Position numbers and translations under genes: made by a program. Shown piece by piece: positions 9,486 through 17,060 of a stretch of DNA of 64,000 nt; position 1 is the first letter of the stretch; each line of letters begins with the position of its first letter. Source of the DNA: an uncultured Clostridia bacterium. Its GTDB lineage: Bacteria > Acidobacteriota > Aminicenantia > UBA2199. The stretch spans positions 117,383 to 181,382 of the forward strand of contig CAZCVI010000002.1 in the NCBI GenBank assembly GCA_964502145.1, given 5' to 3'. The notes under the pieces are model-generated. The model was not told where the DNA came from. It ran no database searches and was given only the letters and a program-made list of their open reading frames with translations.

Positions 9486-9536
9486 CTAATGCCTAGTATA
9501 ATATATACTTTTAAAAACGAAATGGAGGTTATAAAT

Positions 9537-11594
9537 ATGGAACTATCTTTTATGATTGCAGGTGGTGTGGGAGTTTTTGTTTTTCTCCTGGTGATTGCAT
9601 CCTTCACTAATATTGGCCCGACCCAGGTGGGGTTAGTGATGAAACGGTTCTCTTTAAAAAAGCTTCCTGGAGATAACCCAATCGCGTTTAATGGGGAAGC
9701 GGGATATCAAGCCAAATTGCTAATGCCAGGGTTGCGTTGGAAGTTTATATTGTTATATCAAGTACGAAAATTCCCCTGGGTGCAAGTACCAGCGGGGGAA
9801 ATCGGCGTGATGATATCCCAGATCGGGGCTGCACTCCCTATCGGTGCCAAATCGGCGTTTTATAAAAACGAGTTCGGGAACTTCTCCGACTTAAAGAATT
9901 TTATCTCCCAAGGCGGCCAAAAAGGTGTGCAACGCCCCGTGCTACCTCCGGGAACATTAATTCCTTTTCATCCGGTGGCGTTCCTGGTAATTACCGCTAA
10001 ACAGGTGTATGGCGTACCAGTAGACCCAGAACTGGTCAGATTGGAAGCCAGAACGGGGCGCTTAATGCCCCAATCTTTTGGTCTTGAACCAGACCAATTA
10101 AAACTGGTGATGATCCAACCGGCACCGCATGGCGAAGGCAGTGAATTGATTGATATGGTGGGTATTGTCACTACCTTGGAAGGAGACCCATTGCCTTCTG
10201 GTGCCATTGCCAGCCGCTTGAATGATTTTTACGATATCCAGGAACTGGAAGACGCAGGCAAAGATGATTCCGCCTTAATCGAAGTCCTGCTGGGTAGTAA
10301 AAATGGCTTGCATAACAATTACCAGGATTATCAGGCTTTCTTGGAAAACGGCGGACGCATCGGATTGCAACATGACCCGTTGTTGTATGGTGCATACGCA
10401 TTGAATCCGTTCCTGGTTCGGGTGGAACGTATGCCCATGCTGGTGGTGAAACAGGGTGAAGTGGCTGTTATTAAAGGGTATGTGGGCTTGCCCACCAAGG
10501 ATACTTCGGGTGATAAGTTCAAGTATGGGTCCCTGGTACGACCTGGCCACCGCGGCATCTGGCAAGAACCGTTACGAACAGGTAAATTCGCTATCAATCC
10601 TCGCTGTTACCAACCCGTGATTGTATCCACGGCTATCCTAACATTGAATTGGGCAGAAGCAGTTTCGCGGGCCCATAACTTGGACCGGCAATTATGTCAA
10701 ATTGAAGCTAAAAGTAATGAAGGATTTGTCTTTAGAATTGATCTGCAAGTGCAGATACATGTGGCCGATACCCATACACCACGGGTGATTTCCATGGTAG
10801 GAACAATGGAAAATCTGGTCAACGAAGTATTGCAAGCAGCAGTAGGAAACCACTTCCGCGATAAATTACAAAGTATGCCCGCGGTTGATTTTATTAAGAA
10901 GAGACAGGAAGTTCAAGAACAAGCGCTTATCCATGTCCGGGATCATCTGGCTTTATATCAGGTGGAAACCCGTGGGGTTTATATTCAAGATGTGGTGTTA
11001 CCCAAAGAGTTGGTCAAGGTGTTAACAGAGCGAGAAATCGCCAATCAGAACATCGAAACCTTCAAAAAAGAAAAAGAAGCAGAAGATCAACGCATCGCCA
11101 AACAGCAGGCCATGGGTACGGCAGACATGCAGTTGGCATTAGCCAAGTCGCAGGTGGAAGTGGAAATCAACACCAACCGGGCCAAAGCCCGCAAAGCAGA
11201 AGCGGATGGTGAAGCCACATACATCGAGAAAACGGGTGCGGCGCATGGTGCCAAAATACGTGCGGTAGGGTTGGCTCGTGCCGAAGGTTACGAGGCACAG
11301 GTCAAAGCGTTGGGGCAAATTCCCACGGCATTAGTTAATGCGATTAATGCTCTGTCTGAAGGCAATATGAAGATCATACCCGATGTTTTAGTCACTGGCG
11401 GTTCAGGTTCTCTGGAAGGTTTGGCTGCGACCCTAATAAAAAAATTCACCCCTAAAGCAGAATATCCCGTGGAAGAGAAGCAAAAAAGCGAAGAAATAAT
11501 GGCCAGAACAGCCGATAGGGCTGAAGATAAAGCCATGGAAGATATCGCTTGGTCAGTAAGACCAGAATTCCCAGAGGAAGTACCCACCGTATAA
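9537..11594 (+). CDS. Flotillin-like SPFH/band-7 domain membrane protein
   Basis: Start at MELSFMIAGGVGVFVFLLVIASF, an N-terminal TM helix. The GGAGG RBS sits 7-11 nt upstream. An SPFH core is followed by a long Ala/Glu/Lys-rich coiled coil (KEKEAEDQRIAKQQAMGTADMQLALAKSQVEVEINTNRAKARKAEADGEA), typical of YqiK/flotillin. The ORF-track start at 9426 lacks an RBS. Confidence 0.65.
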   Translation: MELSFMIAGGVGVFVFLLVIASFTNIGPTQVGLVMKRFSLKKLPGDNPIAFNGEAGYQAKLLMPGLRWKFILLYQVRKFPWVQVPAGEIGVMISQIGAALPIGAKSAFYKNEFGNFSDLKNFISQGGQKGVQRPVLPPGTLIPFHPVAFLVITAKQVYGVPVDPELVRLEARTGRLMPQSFGLEPDQLKLVMIQPAPHGEGSELIDMVGIVTTLEGDPLPSGAIASRLNDFYDIQELEDAGKDDSALIEVLLGSKNGLHNNYQDYQAFLENGGRIGLQHDPLLYGAYALNPFLVRVERMPMLVVKQGEVAVIKGYVGLPTKDTSGDKFKYGSLVRPGHRGIWQEPLRTGKFAINPRCYQPVIVSTAILTLNWAEAVSRAHNLDRQLCQIEAKSNEGFVFRIDLQVQIHVADTHTPRVISMVGTMENLVNEVLQAAVGNHFRDKLQSMPAVDFIKKRQEVQEQALIHVRDHLALYQVETRGVYIQDVVLPKELVKVLTEREIANQNIETFKKEKEAEDQRIAKQQAMGTADMQLALAKSQVEVEINTNRAKARKAEADGEATYIEKTGAAHGAKIRAVGLARAEGYEAQVKALGQIPTALVNAINALSEGNMKIIPDVLVTGGSGSLEGLAATLIKKFTPKAEYPVEEKQKSEEIMARTADRAEDKAMEDIAWSVRPEFPEEVPTV

Positions 11595-11924
11595 GTAAAA
11601 ATGGTTCAGAGTAAAGGGGCGGTCTTTTGATAAGGTCGCCCCTGTACCTGCACAGATTCCCCGCAGTTGGAGTCTGTTCCGTTTGCGTCATTTTTTCTTA
11701 CCGCCTAAGATTCACCATCGTATATCTATCGGCATACCTTTTTTTAAGAATCTAATCGTGGATTTAGGAAAAAAGTCAATGCCGTCGCGTGAAAAACAGA
11801 AGAAATTAACCCGTTGAAATAACAGGTGGAAATACATGTAATTCAGGTTTGTTTATTGGCATGATCTAAGGCAAAACAAGAAAACAATGCCTGAAAATCT
11901 AGAATAAATATTCATAAAATTTGC

Positions 11925-11960
11925 TTGACTGTTTTTTTTTGCTATGCTACTATTATTTTT
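11925..11960 (+). promoter_or_regulatory. Candidate promoter of the RiPP-like operon
   Basis: TTGACT-N18 (containing T10)-TACTAT in the AT-rich intergenic region, about 120 bp upstream of the first ORF. Confidence 0.3.
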
Positions 11961-12004
11961 AACCTCTTAAACAAAAACCTAGGTAAAATAAATTGGGTGA
12001 AATA

Positions 12005-12082
12005 ATGCAAGTTAAAAAAAGAGTTGTCAGGCAATGGGAAAACTTTTTCCAGACGACAATTTTCTCGGGTATGTGTAAATGA
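12005..12082 (+). CDS. 25-aa small ORF (MQVKKRVVRQWENFFQTTIFSGMCK) overlapping the rSAM start (ATGA). Possible small precursor/leader-like peptide or an upstream coupling ORF.
   Basis: A GGTGA lies 6 nt upstream of the ATG. Its stop TGA overlaps the ATG of the 12079 gene. Cys is at the C-terminus. Confidence 0.25.
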   Translation: MQVKKRVVRQWENFFQTTIFSGMCK

Positions 12083-13923
12083 TCGAAGCCAACGAAGTCA
12101 AAAAGCACCTCCTTTCCGTTTTAAAAGGTGAGTCGCTCCTGCTGATTGTTCCACCTTTTGTTAATACGCGGACTCCCATCATGGGTCCTCATATCCTGCA
12201 AACCATTGCCCAACAGCAGGGTTATGCAGTAGATATTCTATATGTGAATCTTCTGCTGGCCTCACTCATTGGTACCCAGTTGGTCGAAAGCATCAGCTAC
12301 GGTCAACCTTTTCGTTTATTAGGCGAGCGTTTATTTGCCCGTAGCGCCTATGGATTACCACCATTGGGAAAATTTCCAGAACTCTGTTTGGACGCGGTGA
12401 AATCGGTGTTCGGCGATAAAGAAGAATATCCCATGGAAGCCTTTGAATACAAGTATTATGAGACAACCGATTTCCAAGCCGATACGTACCACCACCTGGA
12501 AAATATCTGCTATGATCTGGTAACAGAGATATCAGAAACCATTGCGGGTATGAATTATCAGATGGTGGGTTGTTCGAGTAACTGGGAACAAAACAATTGC
12601 TCCATCGCCTTGATCAATGCGATCAAAAAACGTCGACCCGACATTATTACCTTGATGGGCGGCTCCAACTGCGAGGGGGAAATGGCAGAAGGAATTGCTT
12701 CACTCAGCCACTCTATTGATTATATCTTTTCCGGGGAGAGCGATCTTACCTTCCCTGACTTCTTAAAAAAACATAAAGCTGGCCAATTACCCTCGAACCG
12801 GATTATCGTGGGCGAACCGGTTACTGACCTGGATAATATCCCGCTCCCCTGTTATGATAGTTATTTCCAACAATCGCGTTGTTTTTTCGGCGCTCAGCCC
12901 AGCGGAGAAAATATCCTGGCCTATGAAACCAGCCGCGGTTGCTGGTGGGGACAATGTACCTTTTGCGGGCAAAATGGCAAACGGAGCCGTTTTCGCCCCA
13001 AAGCTGCCAAGAAAGTCGCTGCTGAATTGGGTGAAATGAATCGCCAGTACCCGGATAAACGCATTCTGCTCATAGATAAAGTGATGCCCATCTCTATCTA
13101 CAACGAACTGCTCCCCTTGTTAGAGCAAAACGGAGTGACAGCACCCATGAGCTGTGAACACCGGCCAGACCTATCCTTTCAAGAACTGCTGGACTTAAAA
13201 AAAGCCAATGTGAATATCATCAAGTTCGGTATTGAAACGCTGTCCAGCGGATTATTAAAACTAATGAATAAAGGCGTGATTGCCGCGCAGAATATTTCTC
13301 TACTTCGCCATGCTGCGGCCTGCGGCGTGCTAATCGATTGGAATATGCTGTGGGGGTTCCCCAATGACAGGTTAGAACACTACCAGGAGATATTGGAACT
13401 GCTGCCTTTACTCCATCATCTCTGTCCCCCTGCGGTATTTCGTCACCTTAGTTTGGATCGCTTTTCTCCTTATTTCGAGAAGCCCCAGAAATATAATATC
13501 CGTAACCTCCGTCCCTGGGCGGTGAACGATATGGTTTACCCGGAGTGGGCAGATATGGAGAAACTAGCTTACCGCTTCATCGGCGATTATCCCAGTGACT
13601 CTCACGACCACCCAGAAATAATCGGCGCCATCTCCCGAGAAGTGGAAAACTGGCAAGCTTCCAGAAAAGATGCCAAGTTGCATCTGAAGGCTGTCGGTTA
13701 TCATTATATTCTCCAAGATACCCGGAAAATAAAAGCGGGCTGCAAACCCCAATTACTGGATGAAGAACAAGCCAGGGCCGTGATGACACCATCCGCCTAC
13801 AAGACTTCAAGCGGACAAGAATGGGCGGTGACTGAAAAACTGGGGGTAGTGGTGGATGGTTTGTACGTTCCCCTGGTGACCGCTTCCCCAGAATTATTAT
13901 TACACTTTATGGAGGAATCATGA
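12079..13923 (+). CDS. B12-binding-domain / radical SAM protein (class-B-like) with a non-canonical CX4CX2C cluster motif
   Basis: The N-terminal LLLIVPPFVNTRTPIMGPHILQTIAQQQGYAVDILYVNL ... IITLMGGSNCEGEMAEGIASL...IFSGESD reads as a B12-binding fold (GGxxxxxGE(G)E). The core SRGCWWGQCTFCGQNG is followed by TIM-barrel-like elements. Confidence 0.5.
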   Translation: MIEANEVKKHLLSVLKGESLLLIVPPFVNTRTPIMGPHILQTIAQQQGYAVDILYVNLLLASLIGTQLVESISYGQPFRLLGERLFARSAYGLPPLGKFPELCLDAVKSVFGDKEEYPMEAFEYKYYETTDFQADTYHHLENICYDLVTEISETIAGMNYQMVGCSSNWEQNNCSIALINAIKKRRPDIITLMGGSNCEGEMAEGIASLSHSIDYIFSGESDLTFPDFLKKHKAGQLPSNRIIVGEPVTDLDNIPLPCYDSYFQQSRCFFGAQPSGENILAYETSRGCWWGQCTFCGQNGKRSRFRPKAAKKVAAELGEMNRQYPDKRILLIDKVMPISIYNELLPLLEQNGVTAPMSCEHRPDLSFQELLDLKKANVNIIKFGIETLSSGLLKLMNKGVIAAQNISLLRHAAACGVLIDWNMLWGFPNDRLEHYQEILELLPLLHHLCPPAVFRHLSLDRFSPYFEKPQKYNIRNLRPWAVNDMVYPEWADMEKLAYRFIGDYPSDSHDHPEIIGAISREVENWQASRKDAKLHLKAVGYHYILQDTRKIKAGCKPQLLDEEQARAVMTPSAYKTSSGQEWAVTEKLGVVVDGLYVPLVTASPELLLHFMEES

Positions 13924-13950
13924 CTCCTCTAAAGAGCTGAAAAAACTACC

Positions 13951-16215
13951 ATGTTAGAAAATCCTATACTGAAACCCTGTTACGGTGCCGAATGTATCGA
14001 CACCGATCACGTCTTGTTAATATCGGAAAAAGACAATGTCTTATTAACCGGGAAACTTTACAACCTGGTACTGTCTGAAATTTGTGGCAGCACGCTTTCG
14101 TTGGCTGAAGTGGTGGACCGATTGCGTGGAAAACTTTCTGAAATGGAAATCTATTTAGCGCTGGAATCTCTGGAAAAGAAAGGGTACATCACTGAAGCTG
14201 CACCAGCACTACCACCAGAAACCTCTGCTTATTGGAGCAGCCAGGGGATGGAGATCAATCGGTTTCTCACGGTTTTGCAGGAAAAGACCATTACCCTTAC
14301 ATCTGTTGGTTCCCTTGCAACCGAATTATTTAGTCAGGCATTCGCTTTAACTGGCCTTAAATGCAGTGAAACCGGGGCGTTGCATGTTTATATTACCGAT
14401 GATTACCAGCGCCATCAGTTTGCCACCATCAATCAGGACGCTCTAAAAACCGGGCAGCCCTGGATGCTGGTTAAACCGGTGGGTGTGGAACTGTGGGTGG
14501 GGCCGATTTTCCTGCCAGGACAAACGGGTTGTTGGGAATGCTTGAAACAGCGCTTGGATATGAACCGTCCTGTAGATGCGTTTTACAAGACCCAGAAAAA
14601 CACCCGTCATCACCTATCTCTTCCCGCTGCTTTTTCCCCGCTTTCCTGGCAAATTGCCGCCAATATGACCGCGCTGGAGATAACCAAATGGCTTTATGCC
14701 GGGCATAATGAGCGGTTGGACGGCAAACTTATTTCTTTTGATACAGCGACCATGAACACCCAATCCCATGTACTGGTCAAACGCCCCCAATGCTCCTCCT
14801 GCGGCGAACCCGGTTATTTACGCGCAGAATCCCTTCCCATTATTCCGGTGCGACGATCGTCTTGCAGTGTGACCGCATTGGGTGGCTACCGCGAAGTAGA
14901 CCCCGAAGCTACTATTGAAAAATACCAGCATCACGTTAGCCCTATTACCGGAGTGATGCCGAAACTGGAACCGTATTACCATGTCAAAGGCACACCATTA
15001 TATAACTACTCTTCGGGTCGCAATATTGCACTGCGCAGTAAATCGTTATTCTGGTTGAACCAGCATCTCCGTAGCGGCAATGGCGGCAAAGGAAAAAATT
15101 GGACCCAGGCCAAAGTCGGGGCATTGTGCGAGGCGGTGGAACGGTATTGTTTCACCTATCACGGTGACGAACCCCATATCACCACCAGTTTAAAGAATTT
15201 AGATGGCAAGGGCATCCATCCCAATACCTGCATGAATTTTAGTGACACCCAATACCAGAATAGGGTAGAGAGTAACCGGAACTGCGGTAAATTTTATTCC
15301 ATGGTGCCTATTCCCTTTGATTCTGCCCGCGAAATGGATTGGACCGCCGTGTATTCGTTGACCCACCAGATGTTCAAGTATCTGCCCTCCTGTTTTTGTT
15401 ATGCCCAATATCCGGCTGAAGATGAATTAAATCTTTTTTCCTATCCAGACAGTAATGGGTGTGCCGCTGGGAATTCCATTGAAGAAGCCATATTACAGGG
15501 TTTTCTCGAACTCGTTGAACGAGATGCTGTGGCATTATGGTGGTACAATATGCCCCGCCGAACCGCCGTGGACCTCTCTAGTTTTAACGAACCTTATTTT
15601 TTACAATTAATAGACTATTATCAGTCATTACAACGAAGTCTTTATGTATTGGATTTAACCTCTGATTTAAACATTCCCACCTTTGGCGCTGTGTCTCATC
15701 AGCTAGATGGTGGCACACAGGATATTATTTTCGGCTTTGGTTCCCACGTGGACGCCCGGATCGCATTGGAAAGAGCACTGGTAGAATTAAACCAACTTTT
15801 ACCCATCGTTGATGGTCCCGAAGTTGATAGAGCCAAAGGGAAATATTTGACCCAGGATAATAACTTTCTCCATTGGTTAAAAACCGCGACCATGGAAAAT
15901 CAACCCTATTTAGCGCCCCAGCAAGACATCGCTCCCAAAACCGCAACGGATTACCCCCAGTTATGTGAACCCACCATCTATGATAGTCTGATGTTCTGTG
16001 TAAATACAGCAGCTCAACACGGCTTGGAAACATTGGTACTTGATTTGACCCGCCCCGACATCGGGCTTAGCGTCGTCAAGATCGTTGTGCCTGGTTTAAG
16101 GCATTTCTGGCAACGTTTGGCACCTGGACGATTGTATGATGTCCCCGTTCAGATTGGCTGGCTGGCTACCCCCCTCCATGAAGCCCAGTTAAATCCCATG
16201 CCTTTATTTATATAA
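13951..16215 (+). CDS. Fused E1-like (ThiF/MoeB-like) + YcaO cyclodehydratase (RiPP azoline/amidine-forming enzyme, PatD/TruD-like)
   Basis: The N-terminal half has CxxC...CxxC (GCWECLKQR ... PQCSSCGEPG), a typical E1-like Zn tetrathiolate. The YcaO signature is GNGGKGKNWTQAKVGALCEAVERYC (ExxER). Size (754 aa) and the two-domain order match cyanobactin/TOMM heterocyclases. Confidence 0.7.
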   Translation: MLENPILKPCYGAECIDTDHVLLISEKDNVLLTGKLYNLVLSEICGSTLSLAEVVDRLRGKLSEMEIYLALESLEKKGYITEAAPALPPETSAYWSSQGMEINRFLTVLQEKTITLTSVGSLATELFSQAFALTGLKCSETGALHVYITDDYQRHQFATINQDALKTGQPWMLVKPVGVELWVGPIFLPGQTGCWECLKQRLDMNRPVDAFYKTQKNTRHHLSLPAAFSPLSWQIAANMTALEITKWLYAGHNERLDGKLISFDTATMNTQSHVLVKRPQCSSCGEPGYLRAESLPIIPVRRSSCSVTALGGYREVDPEATIEKYQHHVSPITGVMPKLEPYYHVKGTPLYNYSSGRNIALRSKSLFWLNQHLRSGNGGKGKNWTQAKVGALCEAVERYCFTYHGDEPHITTSLKNLDGKGIHPNTCMNFSDTQYQNRVESNRNCGKFYSMVPIPFDSAREMDWTAVYSLTHQMFKYLPSCFCYAQYPAEDELNLFSYPDSNGCAAGNSIEEAILQGFLELVERDAVALWWYNMPRRTAVDLSSFNEPYFLQLIDYYQSLQRSLYVLDLTSDLNIPTFGAVSHQLDGGTQDIIFGFGSHVDARIALERALVELNQLLPIVDGPEVDRAKGKYLTQDNNFLHWLKTATMENQPYLAPQQDIAPKTATDYPQLCEPTIYDSLMFCVNTAAQHGLETLVLDLTRPDIGLSVVKIVVPGLRHFWQRLAPGRLYDVPVQIGWLATPLHEAQLNPMPLFI

Positions 16216-16322
16216 ATAAGGATCGTAGATCATGTTGTGTACTATTTTCAACGTATTATCCAATAACTTTGGCGTAACACATAAGAAAAATAAAATATAA
16301 ACCAAACAAAGGAGATTTAGCC

Positions 16323-16820
16323 ATGAAAGAGAAAAATTTTACGATTACCGAAAACACGAAACCGCAGGATGTAAAAAAAATCAGGGACATTTATACCAAT
16401 TACCTGAGAGTCATGCTCAAGTGTGCTGAAGACCAAGCTTATTTTGTAGAATTTCAGAAGAACACCCGTGATATCCTGGTCAATGAAGTAGGGATGACCA
16501 TCCCGGAAGGAGTCCCAATTGTTCTTGATGACAATGTAAGATGGGCATCACTGGTCTTAAATGCAAAAGGTGCCGATGGTAGCAATTATGTGGTAAAAGA
16601 AATGGAACTGGGTATCAAAGCCTATGAAACTTGGGCTGATGGAGAACTTGAAGCGTCTATTACCCAACTTACCCATGAAGCCTGCGTTGAAGTTGATATT
16701 AAAGCCGAATTCAAGAATTTTACACCAGCAATTCGTATCCCATTTATTGATGTAACCAAGGATTTACTGGGTGAAATTAGCTTTAATAAGAAGACTGAAA
16801 TCGTTTTAACTTGTTGCTAG
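16323..16820 (+). CDS. NHLP-type (nitrile-hydratase-leader-like) RiPP precursor, 165 aa, C-terminus ...EIVLTCC
   Basis: An AGGAGA RBS is present. ...YFVEFQKNTRDILVNEVGMTIPEGVPIVLDDNVRWASLVLN matches the NHLP consensus (...F...L..NP...L.eE.G..lPeGV.v.V.EEn.....LVLP). A Cys-Cys terminal dipeptide is present. Confidence 0.6.
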   Translation: MKEKNFTITENTKPQDVKKIRDIYTNYLRVMLKCAEDQAYFVEFQKNTRDILVNEVGMTIPEGVPIVLDDNVRWASLVLNAKGADGSNYVVKEMELGIKAYETWADGELEASITQLTHEACVEVDIKAEFKNFTPAIRIPFIDVTKDLLGEISFNKKTEIVLTCC

Positions 16821-16834
16821 CCGTTGTTGATTTA

Positions 16835-16870
16835 GTGGGCTTCCCGGTTTTTTTTTATCAGGAAGCCCAC
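16835..16870 (+). terminator. Terminator-like hairpin after the precursor gene
   Basis: gtgggcttcc ... ggaagcccac is a perfect 10-bp stem. The T9 tract is inside the loop rather than after the stem. Confidence 0.45.
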
Positions 16871-16970
16871 TGCGGACTCTGTAAAAAGAAGACTTTTATT
16901 AAACGTGGCTCTTGTTTGGGCATTGACTGATCTTAATTAATAATTTATACTTTAGTATACTTTTTATATT

Positions 16971-17020
16971 ATACTTATTTTCGTGTACTTATTTTCGTGT
17001 ACTTATTTTGTTGTATTTAT
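16971..17020. repeat. Degenerate 13-14-bp tandem repeat (tacttattttcgtg x ~4) upstream of the kinase gene
   Basis: tacttattttcgtg tacttattttcgtg tacttattttgttg tatttattagtg, read directly from the sequence. Confidence 0.6.
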
Positions 17021-17060
17021 TAGTGTATTTTTCTGTAGAAGAACTTTTACGAGGTGAAAT

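Noticed and set aside
9426-9536. N-terminal extensions from the ORF track: flotillin from 9426, the 1361-aa protein from 5538, and the RelE-like toxin from 7685
   Set aside because: Internal ATGs at 9537, 5424 and 7712 carry GGAGG-type RBSs. They also give sensible N-termini (TM helix, signal peptide, conserved toxin start), which the longer versions do not.
11614-11650. Hairpin aggggcg...cgcccct after the flotillin stop, considered as a terminator
   Set aside because: The stem is only 7 bp with a 12-nt loop and no downstream U-tract. It is too weak to call.
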